Positions 1 to 7,705 are shown, counted from the first letter of the stretch. The stretch: 64,000 nt of DNA from Laetmonice hystrix (GCA_965235115.1 OZ249445.1:21638001-21702000), one strand, 5' to 3'. The notes: generated from the letters alone by a model not told the origin. Numbers and translations: made by a program.

Positions 1-335
1 AGCACACCTCCATCATCCCCTTGTCCATCTTTAGTGTCCTCAATCCAGAGGTTGAGGGATTCACGAAACTGATCAAACATGAACTTGGCTTCTTTGAGGT
101 AATTGTTTGAACTCTCAATCTCCTTCGTTTCAGTCAGCACTCCATGGTACTCATTTTGTGCGTCCACAAATCGCCGGTATGCACTGTCAAACTCGTCTGC
201 CAAGGCTGTGACCTGAGGGAGATTCTGTTTTGATTCCATAAGGTTATCGGCCCGAGTTGTTAAGCGGGTGACTGCAGCCTTTGCTATTCCTCTCCTTTTC
301 CTTAACGGCTCTTGGACATTTTCTTTAGCTGCCAT
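1..335 (-). CDS. gag: ORF1 (Gag N-terminal part) of unit 0, truncated by the window edge
   Basis: Same sequence as 7371..7705; ATG at 335-333 in a GCCATGG context. Confidence 0.9.
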   Translation of the reverse strand, partial: MAAKENVQEPLRKRRGIAKAAVTRLTTRADNLMESKQNLPQVTALADEFDSAYRRFVDAQNEYHGVLTETKEIESSNNYLKEAKFMFDQFRESLNLWIEDTKDGQGDDGGV

Positions 336-430
336 GGCTGGTTTTGATCCTTGGGTAGTGAATTTGTACTTAATGTAAGCAACGGGAATTCACATGGATT
401 CACAACTAACTGGTCCTTGGCTTGACTACT

Positions 431-436
431 TTTATT
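431..436 (-). terminator. Candidate poly(A) signal AATAAA in the LTR (same offset in every LTR)
   Basis: Plus strand tttatt at 431-436, 57 nt from the inferred LTR 3' end. Confidence 0.6.
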
Positions 437-548
437 TTCCTAGCCTCAGCCTCAGAGTCTCCCCAGCAAACCGTCACTCGTACACAATGACTCGCTGACA
501 CGTACGGTACAAACTGTAAATAAAGCAAAAGATACTTGCTAGTCCAAT

Positions 549-555
549 ATTTATA
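549..555 (-). promoter_or_regulatory. Candidate TATA box (TATAAAT) in the LTR
   Basis: Plus strand atttata at 549-555, ~115 nt upstream of the AATAAA on the element strand, consistent with U3-R-U5 order. Confidence 0.5.
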
Positions 556-850
556 ACCATTAGGCTAGACGTTCCCACTACATTAACCGAAACTCGAAAC
601 CAGAAGCCCCAAACACGTGGGGGCGATAATAGGGTTATTATTGGAGACGGAGATATTTTAGAGGTTTGTGTCGAAGGAGAAGAAAAACCAGTACATATAT
701 ATTAGACCCAAGAAGACATCAATACAAACTTAGTTCAAAGAAACTCACTTCACTGGGTTCCCATGGGTGAACATTATTCTAGAGGCTAAACCCAAACTGT
801 CGAGGACCACGCTAGTGCCGTCACAATCTCCGTGTTTTTTCTCCCCTCTC

Positions 851-892
851 CTCACCAGAGGGCACCCCATATCCCTCGCTCACCAGAGGGCT
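851..892 (+). promoter_or_regulatory. Two direct-repeat CTCF-like motifs (CTCACCAGAGGGCA / CTCACCAGAGGGCT) in the LTR
   Basis: 13-bp exact direct repeat ctcaccagagggc at 851-863 and 879-891; close to the CTCF core consensus CCACCAGRKGGCRS. Confidence 0.5.
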
Positions 893-930
893 CCACCAAC
901 TGGCTTGCCGCCTAGCAGTCAAACCTAACA

Positions 931-943
931 TTTCCCGGCCCCC
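931..943 (-). other. Polypurine tract (GGGGGCCGGGAAA) directly upstream of the LTR's TGT start
   Basis: Plus strand tttcccggccccc directly follows ...cctaaca at 930; repeated at every LTR. Confidence 0.8.
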
Positions 944-1120
944 AATGCCACTATAAGGGGCATTCCTAACTAATAATAAACAAACTGCTGCCCCACACTA
1001 AACGACAAAAGATTCACCTGACAAATACATATGCCGGGTACCAAACCCATCAGGCAAAAAAAAACATCAAAAAGGTGGGACTGAACACTCGCAGAAACAC
1101 TAGTTCTGCAATTCCACTGA

Positions 1121-1242
1121 TATAGTCAAATGTTCCAATGGTATATTCAAAAGGCTCCGCTGGTACAGTCAAAAGTTCCAATGGTATATTCAAAGGCTCC
1201 GCTGGTATAGTCAAATGTTCCAATGGTATATTCAGCAACTCC
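1121..1242. repeat. 3' UTR minisatellite: ~42-bp dimer of 21-bp monomers, ~2.7 dimers (present in every unit)
   Basis: tatagtcaaatgttccaatgg / tatattcaaa(a)ggctccgctgg alternate from 1121. Confidence 0.9.
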
Positions 1243-1469
1243 AAGAGTACACCAGTCAGCTTACGGAAAAGTTTCCATAGGTTCAGTAACACAAAGAGGC
1301 AAAGTCAACCTTGGTGCAAACCAGGTACAAAGGTATACAAAAAATCTAACCACAATGGCCAGTGCTGACAATAAATTCTCCCAGTGGTTGACATGACATA
1401 GGTGTACAGGAACAAACAATACTCCTGATAATACAGTACTAAACGTTCCTGTTTGAAAACAGGTGTTCC

Positions 1470-4400
1470 TTAAGGAACAGGTGCTGCCTCAAGCAAGCAC
1501 AGCTTGGTAATCGGTCGGTCATAGAGAGACCCATTAAATCTGATCTGTGCAGAACGAACTCGGTTGTCTCGTCCGGGGTAGATCTGAGTAACCAGACCAA
1601 GAGGCCACCGGTACCGCGGCATGGCCTCATGTCGAACCAACACCAGGTCTCCAACGCGGACATCCCTTTCAATGGTTGTCCACTTTTGTCGCTCCTGCAA
1701 CAAAGGCAAGTACTCTTTGGTCCAACGTGACCAAAACACATCGGCCAGGTACTGGACCTGGCGCCAACGGCGTCGATACAGATCTTGTTTGGCAGTCAAA
1801 CAAGGTGGCAAGGTGGGCCCAGACCGCAGCAGCAGCAAATGGTTTGGGGTCAGAGGCGTGTCATCGTTGGGGTCGTCAGACAACTTGGTTATAGGTCTCC
1901 CATTTACTATGCTTTCTGTAACACAGAATAGGGTGTTGAGGGAGTCATCGTCCAACCTTTGTTGTTGTAGGAGAGCTGTCAGAATGGCCCTCACGGTGCG
2001 GATTTGCCGCTCCCACACCCCTCCCATGTGGGAGGCCCCAGGAAGGTTGAACACCCACTGGACTTCCCTCTGCAGCAGAGCTTCACAGATCTTGCCTTGG
2101 TTCCACTCCTTAAGTGCCCTCCCCAACTCTGCCTTAGCCCCAACAAAGTTGGTGCCGTTGTCCGAGCGAATGACCTTGGGCTGACCCCGACGCGCCATAA
2201 ACCGATGAAGGGCATTCAGATAGGCATCCGTGTCGAGAGAAGTAGCCACTTCCAAATGAACTGCGCGAGTTGTGAGGCAAGTAAACAGGCATCCATATCG
2301 CTTCACTTCGGTGCGCCCTCGTCTCACAATGATTGGTCCAAAATAATCAACACCCACCATGCTGAAAGGAGGGTCTCCAGGTGTAACTCTGTCGGCAGGT
2401 AGGTCAGCCATCTGCTGCCTCATGGCACATGCTCGTGCCCGTTTGCATGGGACACACTGTCCAATGACAGCTCGAACAACGGAACGTCCGCTTACAAGCC
2501 AATAACGAAGCCTTATCTCCGCTAGAACCCGCTCGACCCCAGCGTGTCCCAATTTGATGTGGTAATGGCCCACAATGAGCCGGGCCACGTGATGCTTGGC
2601 AGGCACAATCCAAGGATGCCTTCTGTCCTGTGGGAGGTCTGCTCTGGCAAGCCTGCCTCCTACACATAATACTCCCTCGGAAGAGAGAGTGGGTGCTAGT
2701 CTCTCATATCGGTTAGATCTCAGGGTGTCCTTACTGAGGGCTTGCCGCTGAATGTACCGCACTATCGCAGCTTCCGCAGCCCGCAGGTCAGCAGTAGTTA
2801 ACCACCGGTGTTCATGAGCATCAGGTGCCTTGCACCGATTCCCAAGGTAGCCCACGAAACGCAACAACCAACCAACAGACTTGCACAAGCGGTACCATGA
2901 GGAATACTTGGCTAGCAGCTGGTCAATGATAGACGCCTGGTGGTCCTCCGTGGCATACACCTGCGCATCCTTCTTCACTTCTGCTTCATCAGGTGGTAGG
3001 TTTCCCTTGACTGGAGAAACTGGCCAGGAGTCCTCAGTCCGGTAGAGGAACTCAGGCCCTATGAGCCAACGCTCAGAGTGGCATAGTTCAGTAGCGGTGA
3101 GACCACGGGAGCAATCATCAGCAGGGTTGTCTTCCGTCCTGACATGTCTCCATTGCGAGGGTTTGCTGATTTCCATGATTTGGGCCACGCGATTAGCCAC
3201 AAAGGTCTGAAAACGCTTATCTTCATTGGCTAGGTACCACAGGACAATTGTGGAGTCTGTCCAAAAAACAGACCTCAACAGAGGGATTTCTAGGTCTTCC
3301 CTCAGCATACGGTCCAACTTGACCGCTTCCACGGCTGCCGTCAGCTCAAGCCTAGGAACAGTTGTAGTTTTCATAGGCGCTAGCTTGGCCTTTGCAGCCA
3401 GAAGACCCATGTGAATGACCTGGTCAACATCCACAACACGCAAATAACTGACAGCTCCATAAGCTCCAGTCGACGCGTCGGCAAAGTGGTGCAATTGGGC
3501 TGATATCATGGGACGACTGGGCTTCAGACAGCGAGGAACAGTGAAACTGGCAATGTTTGGCAAGTCTCCAAGCCACCGTGCCCATTGCAGAGACAGTCCG
3601 TCAGGCACACTTTCGTCCCAAGTGGTAGTCAAGCGGCAGGTTTCCTGGAAGATCAGCTTGGCCCGCAGGACGAACGGGCATACGAAACCCAAGGGATCGT
3701 ATACCGAGCTAAGAGTGCTGAGAATTCCCCGTTTAGTAACAGGCTTCCTCGTTGGAGTGACGTCATAACCAAACACATCCTCCTCAAGCTTCCATAGCAC
3801 TCCCAGTGCTCTCTCGGAGGGCAAGGATCCCCGGTCCAAGTCCAGGCTGGCAATACCTTTGGCGTGATCCTCCAGGGGGATAGTCTTGAGTAGTTCTCTT
3901 GAATTGCTGATCCATTTAGCGAGCCGAAACCCGCCCGTTTTTAGCAAACCACGAAGTTGTTGTGACAATCTGATGGCAGCAGGCAGTCCATCAACTGCTT
4001 TAAGACAGTCATCAACATAAAAGTTTCGTTGGACCGTCTTGATGGCTACATCATCAAACCGGTCCCTATTGTCATCTGCACATTTTCTGAGTGCATAATT
4101 TGCCGCACTGGGTGACCACACGCCACCAAACAAATGCGCTGTCATCCTGTATGTGGCAGGTTCCTGGTTCGGGTCGTCATTCTGCCACCAGAGGAAACGG
4201 AGCATATCACGGTCTTGGGGTGTGACTCTAACCTGGTGGAACATGGATTCCACATCAGCCATGAATGCCACGGGCTCCTGCCTAAATCTTATCAAGACGC
4301 CGACTAACTTGTTGGTGAGATCAGGACCCTGATGCACTTTATCGTTTAGGGAGACTCCTCGGAACTTTGCCGCACAATCAAACACGACGCGGACTTTCTC

Positions 4401-6509
4401 CGGCTTCCGGGGGCGAGTTACTGCGTGATGGGGAATGTAGTTGACATAGCCATCAATTTCGTTATTTGAGCCGGGCGAGACTGGCTCTGCATACCCCTTC
4501 GCGACCAGTTCCCTTATCTGAGTGGTATACAAAGCTCTGAGATCCTCGTCTCGAGTTAGGCGCCTGCCTAGCAACTTGAGTCTATGTTCGGCCATAGGTC
4601 GGTTGTCTGGCATGCATGGGGGTCTGTGTTTGAAGGGGATTCCAAAGGTGTAGTGACCATCACTCAAACAAGCAGTATTGTCCCACTCCTCAAGAACTCT
4701 CCGATCAGCTACTGATTGGGGCGTGACTGAGTTTCCCATATCCTCCAGTTCCCAGAAGCGGCCGACCTGTTGCTCTAGGGCTACAAAGCACGAGTAGACT
4801 GTATGGCTCCTGGCATCTCCAATTGGTCCATTTATGGTCCATCCCAAGAGGGTTCTTGAAGCGTAGGGTTCGCCCGGTCCACCTGAACGGAGTTCCAAGG
4901 GCATGAGGGCCTGTGGTACGTCGTTACCGATTATCAAATGCACTTCGTTTGAATTGGTGTTTGGAATCTCTATGCCATCAAAGTGTTTCCACTTCCCGAG
5001 TTCCTTATCCGACACCAAGCTGGTCAGCCCAACATAGATATTTGGACGGACGTAAACTGTCCTCAGATCGATAATCGATTGTTCCTCCAGATCAGATGCC
5101 TGGAGCCGTATCGACGTGGTCTGAAGCTTTTCCTTCCCGCTTAGGGTCATTAAATCCAGGGTTTCACACCTTCGGGCCGCCCCGAGCCTGTCAGCCAGGT
5201 GATTAGAACAGAAAGTGGCGGTACTCCCTGGATCCAGAAGTGCATAGGTATCCACATAGGCTGGCGACTGTAGGCCACGGACTCTAACAGGTACAATAGG
5301 CAAGGCAATCTTGCCTTCACGGGCCCCAGCAAAGCTACAACTGACTGTCTGGGATGTGCTAGCGGAGGTCTGAGCTCTTGAAACGGCTGGTGTCGCTGCA
5401 GGGAGGACAGTGGAATCACCTGTGGTTGATTGATTTGCAGTCTGCACATCTGCAGTCCTATTGGCATTTTCCCACCTCAGGTGCAAGAAACGGCTGTGTT
5501 TAAGGTTGCACCCATCAATTCCGCAAACAAATGACCGAGGACAATCTCTACCAAAATGACCTACATTGAAGCAGTTCATACAACGACCTGTTGATCGCAC
5601 TAGACCAATACGATCCTTGATCCTCATGGCTTTGAAAGCAGGGCATGCAACAATGGAGTGTTGATCACCACAACACCAGCAGAGGACTCTGGAGCCTGGA
5701 TCCTGGGCTTGAGGGGCCATAGTAGCACCACCTGGCGCTTGGAGTGATGCTTGCACTGCAAAGCTTCCCTTGTTTCGCTGCTTCATGTCGACTTTCTTCT
5801 CAGAAGGCTTCCTCTCAGAGGTCAGATCAGCCAGTGCACCAAACACAGGATCGGAAACCTCGCTTGCTGCCAACTCAATGAACTTCACCACATCCTCCAA
5901 ACTAGGCCTTCTGTGACGCTTTATCTCCTGGTTCTTGGATAACCAACGTGTTCTCAGGCGTTGCGGGAGCTTCTCGAGAATGGTCCTTAAATTTTGTGCA
6001 CTTTCCAACTCGTGAAGATATCCCATCGTTTCCAGGGTTTCCTTGCAGCAGCGTAACACATCTGCATACTCTTGGAGGCCAACATTGCCTGTCAACTGCG
6101 AATGATTACAGATCCTTTCAATCCAAGCCTGCGAGATTATATTTTCATCCCCAAACCGCTCTTTCAAGAGTTTTCTGGCAAGGCGATATCCATCAGGAGG
6201 TGGGAGTACTTCACAACACTGGAGCAAGTTGCGAGCCTTGCCTGTGCAATATTGTAACAGAGCATTAAGTTTGACGCCATCACTAATAGTGTCTCTCTCC
6301 AAGGTGTGATCAAACCGCCTGATAAACGACCAATACTGTAACGGATTTCCATCAAAGTAGGTCAATTCTGACTTTGGCAACTGCAGACTTTCCACCAAGG
6401 ATTGGTGTTGCCGCTGTGTGGCGTCGAGCATGCTGTACAAGACATGTGAGACATCAGGAGATCCCTGGGGCCCTATTGCAGATGGGTCCCATGAACGGTG
6501 TGACCTCAT
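1470..6509 (-). CDS. pol: ORF2, 1679 aa Gag(C-terminal)-Pol polyprotein, unit 1, intact
   Basis: Gag capsid-like LPKSELTYFDGNPLQYWSF (DUF1759-like); three Cys/His motifs CWCCGDQHSIVAC, CMNCFNVGHFGRDC, CGIDGCNLKHSRFLH; protease ALLDPGS (5226-5234); RT VRVVFDCAA, ADVESMFHQV, FYVDD (4008-4019); RNase H HHFADAS, PRLEL, FWTDS, DNPADDCSRG; integrase HHCC, VDYFGP, SDNGTNF, GVWER; C-terminal WRQVQYLADVFWSRW. Domain names come from motif recognition, not a database search. Confidence 0.95.
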   Translation of the reverse strand: MRSHRSWDPSAIGPQGSPDVSHVLYSMLDATQRQHQSLVESLQLPKSELTYFDGNPLQYWSFIRRFDHTLERDTISDGVKLNALLQYCTGKARNLLQCCEVLPPPDGYRLARKLLKERFGDENIISQAWIERICNHSQLTGNVGLQEYADVLRCCKETLETMGYLHELESAQNLRTILEKLPQRLRTRWLSKNQEIKRHRRPSLEDVVKFIELAASEVSDPVFGALADLTSERKPSEKKVDMKQRNKGSFAVQASLQAPGGATMAPQAQDPGSRVLCWCCGDQHSIVACPAFKAMRIKDRIGLVRSTGRCMNCFNVGHFGRDCPRSFVCGIDGCNLKHSRFLHLRWENANRTADVQTANQSTTGDSTVLPAATPAVSRAQTSASTSQTVSCSFAGAREGKIALPIVPVRVRGLQSPAYVDTYALLDPGSTATFCSNHLADRLGAARRCETLDLMTLSGKEKLQTTSIRLQASDLEEQSIIDLRTVYVRPNIYVGLTSLVSDKELGKWKHFDGIEIPNTNSNEVHLIIGNDVPQALMPLELRSGGPGEPYASRTLLGWTINGPIGDARSHTVYSCFVALEQQVGRFWELEDMGNSVTPQSVADRRVLEEWDNTACLSDGHYTFGIPFKHRPPCMPDNRPMAEHRLKLLGRRLTRDEDLRALYTTQIRELVAKGYAEPVSPGSNNEIDGYVNYIPHHAVTRPRKPEKVRVVFDCAAKFRGVSLNDKVHQGPDLTNKLVGVLIRFRQEPVAFMADVESMFHQVRVTPQDRDMLRFLWWQNDDPNQEPATYRMTAHLFGGVWSPSAANYALRKCADDNRDRFDDVAIKTVQRNFYVDDCLKAVDGLPAAIRLSQQLRGLLKTGGFRLAKWISNSRELLKTIPLEDHAKGIASLDLDRGSLPSERALGVLWKLEEDVFGYDVTPTRKPVTKRGILSTLSSVYDPLGFVCPFVLRAKLIFQETCRLTTTWDESVPDGLSLQWARWLGDLPNIASFTVPRCLKPSRPMISAQLHHFADASTGAYGAVSYLRVVDVDQVIHMGLLAAKAKLAPMKTTTVPRLELTAAVEAVKLDRMLREDLEIPLLRSVFWTDSTIVLWYLANEDKRFQTFVANRVAQIMEISKPSQWRHVRTEDNPADDCSRGLTATELCHSERWLIGPEFLYRTEDSWPVSPVKGNLPPDEAEVKKDAQVYATEDHQASIIDQLLAKYSSWYRLCKSVGWLLRFVGYLGNRCKAPDAHEHRWLTTADLRAAEAAIVRYIQRQALSKDTLRSNRYERLAPTLSSEGVLCVGGRLARADLPQDRRHPWIVPAKHHVARLIVGHYHIKLGHAGVERVLAEIRLRYWLVSGRSVVRAVIGQCVPCKRARACAMRQQMADLPADRVTPGDPPFSMVGVDYFGPIIVRRGRTEVKRYGCLFTCLTTRAVHLEVATSLDTDAYLNALHRFMARRGQPKVIRSDNGTNFVGAKAELGRALKEWNQGKICEALLQREVQWVFNLPGASHMGGVWERQIRTVRAILTALLQQQRLDDDSLNTLFCVTESIVNGRPITKLSDDPNDDTPLTPNHLLLLRSGPTLPPCLTAKQDLYRRRWRQVQYLADVFWSRWTKEYLPLLQERQKWTTIERDVRVGDLVLVRHEAMPRYRWPLGLVTQIYPGRDNRVRSAQIRFNGSLYDRPITKLCLLEAAPVP

Positions 6510-7705
6510 TGGGTCATCAGTGGAACTGGTGTGTGGGCTTGACGGCTGCCCCCCTGGGAGTGCCTCGTGGCAGACATAGGTGTAGAGGAAGTGAGGTCCT
6601 CTCCCCTGGGGTTCCCGTCTGGTTTCTTATTCGTGGAACTTGGGTTTGGGTTTGACGGCCAGCCCCCCTGGGAGTACCTCGGGGCAGACATAGGTGTAGA
6701 TGAAATGAGGTCATCTCCCCTGGGGTTCCCGTCTGGTTTCTTATCCGTGGAACTTGGGTTTGGGTTTGACGGCCAGCCCCCCTGGGAGTACCTCGGGGCA
6801 GACATAGGTGTAGATGAAATGAGGTCATCTCCCCTGGGGTTCCCGTCAGGTTTCTTATCCATGGAACTGGGTTTTGGGTTTGACGGCCAGCCCCCCTGGG
6901 AGTACCTCGGTGCAGACATAGGTGTAGAGGAAGTGAGATCATCTCCCCTGGGGTTCCCGTCAGGTTTCTTATCCATGGAACTGAGTTTTGGGTTTGACGG
7001 CCAGCCCCCCTGGGAGTACCTCGGGGCAGACATAGGTGTAGAGGAAGTGAGGTCATCTCCCCTGGGGTTCCCGTCAGGTTTCTCTTCATCCCACTCATCC
7101 AGTTCTCGATGCATCCTTTGCAGTTCCAAATAACGTTCCCTTTGTTCCTGCTTGAATTGTATCTCCAGCTTAATTCTCTCTCGTTTCAACTTGCTCTCCC
7201 GTTCCATTAGCTCCCGCTTTAATTCGTAATCCCGGATCATCAGGTCTTCACGAACGCGCAGCTCATTCAGTTGTGCCTCGCTGTGCCGCACAGACTGTTC
7301 CAGGTCGGTCTCGGTATCCTCGGGTTCAGTCTCTTTTGCTGTATCAGCTACAACATCAAAAGGTGTGGTCAGCACACCTCCATCATCCCCTTGTCCATCT
7401 TTAGTGTCCTCAATCCAGAGGTTGAGGGATTCACGAAACTGATCAAACATGAACTTGGCTTCTTTGAGGTAATTGTTTGAACTCTCAATCTCCTTCGTTT
7501 CAGTCAGCACTCCATGGTACTCATTTTGTGCGTCCACAAATCGCCGGTATGCACTGTCAAACTCGTCTGCCAAGGCTGTGACCTGAGGGAGATTCTGTTT
7601 TGATTCCATAAGGTTATCGGCCCGAGTTGTTAAGCGGGTGACTGCAGCCTTTGCTATTCCTCTCCTTTTCCTTAACGGCTCTTGGACATTTTCTTTAGCT
7701 GCCAT
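6506..7705 (-). CDS. gag: ORF1, 399 aa Gag N-terminal region (helical/coiled-coil plus 38-aa repeats), unit 1
   Basis: Strong Kozak GCCATGG 39 nt after the LTR; RKRRGIAKAAVTRL helical start; E/K/R-rich coiled coil; stop overlaps the ORF2 ATG (ATGA). Confidence 0.85.
   Translation of the reverse strand: MAAKENVQEPLRKRRGIAKAAVTRLTTRADNLMESKQNLPQVTALADEFDSAYRRFVDAQNEYHGVLTETKEIESSNNYLKEAKFMFDQFRESLNLWIEDTKDGQGDDGGVLTTPFDVVADTAKETEPEDTETDLEQSVRHSEAQLNELRVREDLMIRDYELKRELMERESKLKRERIKLEIQFKQEQRERYLELQRMHRELDEWDEEKPDGNPRGDDLTSSTPMSAPRYSQGGWPSNPKLSSMDKKPDGNPRGDDLTSSTPMSAPRYSQGGWPSNPKPSSMDKKPDGNPRGDDLISSTPMSAPRYSQGGWPSNPNPSSTDKKPDGNPRGDDLISSTPMSAPRYSQGGWPSNPNPSSTNKKPDGNPRGEDLTSSTPMSATRHSQGGSRQAHTPVPLMTQ
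6515..7085 (-). repeat. Five tandem 114-bp (38-aa) repeats inside ORF1; equivalents at ~13885-14455, 21255-21825, 28615-29185, 35976-36546, 43346-43916, 50716-51286, 58076-58646
   Basis: ctcccctggggttcccgtc recurs at 6601, 6715, 6829, 6943, 7057; peptide KPDGNPRGDDL(T/I)SSTPMSAPRYSQGGWPSNPxxSSxDK. Confidence 0.95.

Larger units (their letters stand above)
374..930 (-). repeat. LTR copy 0 (557 bp)
   Basis: Minus strand starts TGTTAGG immediately after a polypurine tract and ends GCTTACA (imperfect terminal inverted repeat TGTTAG/TGTAAG). Contains TATAAAT and AATAAA in the expected order. The 930 boundary is well supported; the 374 boundary is inferred. Confidence 0.8.

Noticed and set aside
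411-420. tggtccttgg resembles a tRNA-Tyr-type PBS start (TGGTCCTT)
   Set aside because: It is on the plus strand, opposite to the element's sense, lies inside the inferred LTR, and the match ends after 8 nt.
606-641. Small LTR hairpins (gcccc/ggggc around CACGTG; ataata-gggt-tattat) and an E-box
   Set aside because: Stems of 5-6 bp and a 6-mer motif are expected by chance in 557 bp; there is no independent support.
1050-1368. 80-aa and 76-aa ORFs in the 3' UTR as a possible env or accessory gene
   Set aside because: Both run over the 21/42-bp minisatellite, are far too short for env, and the 80-aa ORF uses a non-ATG start in the track. Read-through of the ORF2 stop adds only 9 codons.
1439-6355. 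Numerous 60-187 aa antisense and alternate-frame ORFs within ORF2
   Set aside because: Shadow ORFs of a fairly GC-rich coding region. Their recurrence only reflects the array, and none has a recognisable domain.
1470-6509. Prokaryotic RT system (retron, DGR, defence RT) or Ty3/Gypsy or retroviral identity
   Set aside because: Three Cys/His knuckles, LLDPGS protease, YVDD RT, ADAS/PRLEL/NPAD RNase H motifs and the integrase C-terminal W-rich motif fit Bel/Pao; LTR, PPT and Kozak features are eukaryotic.
6515-7085. CRISPR-like appearance of regularly spaced repeats
   Set aside because: The 114-bp units are contiguous tandem repeats with no unique spacers, lie in frame inside ORF1, and there are no cas genes; the context is a eukaryotic retrotransposon.
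6517-7133. 193-aa (minus) and 188-aa (plus) ORFs over the Gag repeats
   Set aside because: They exist because a stop-free 114-bp unit is repeated; they begin and end with the repeat and have no recognisable motifs.
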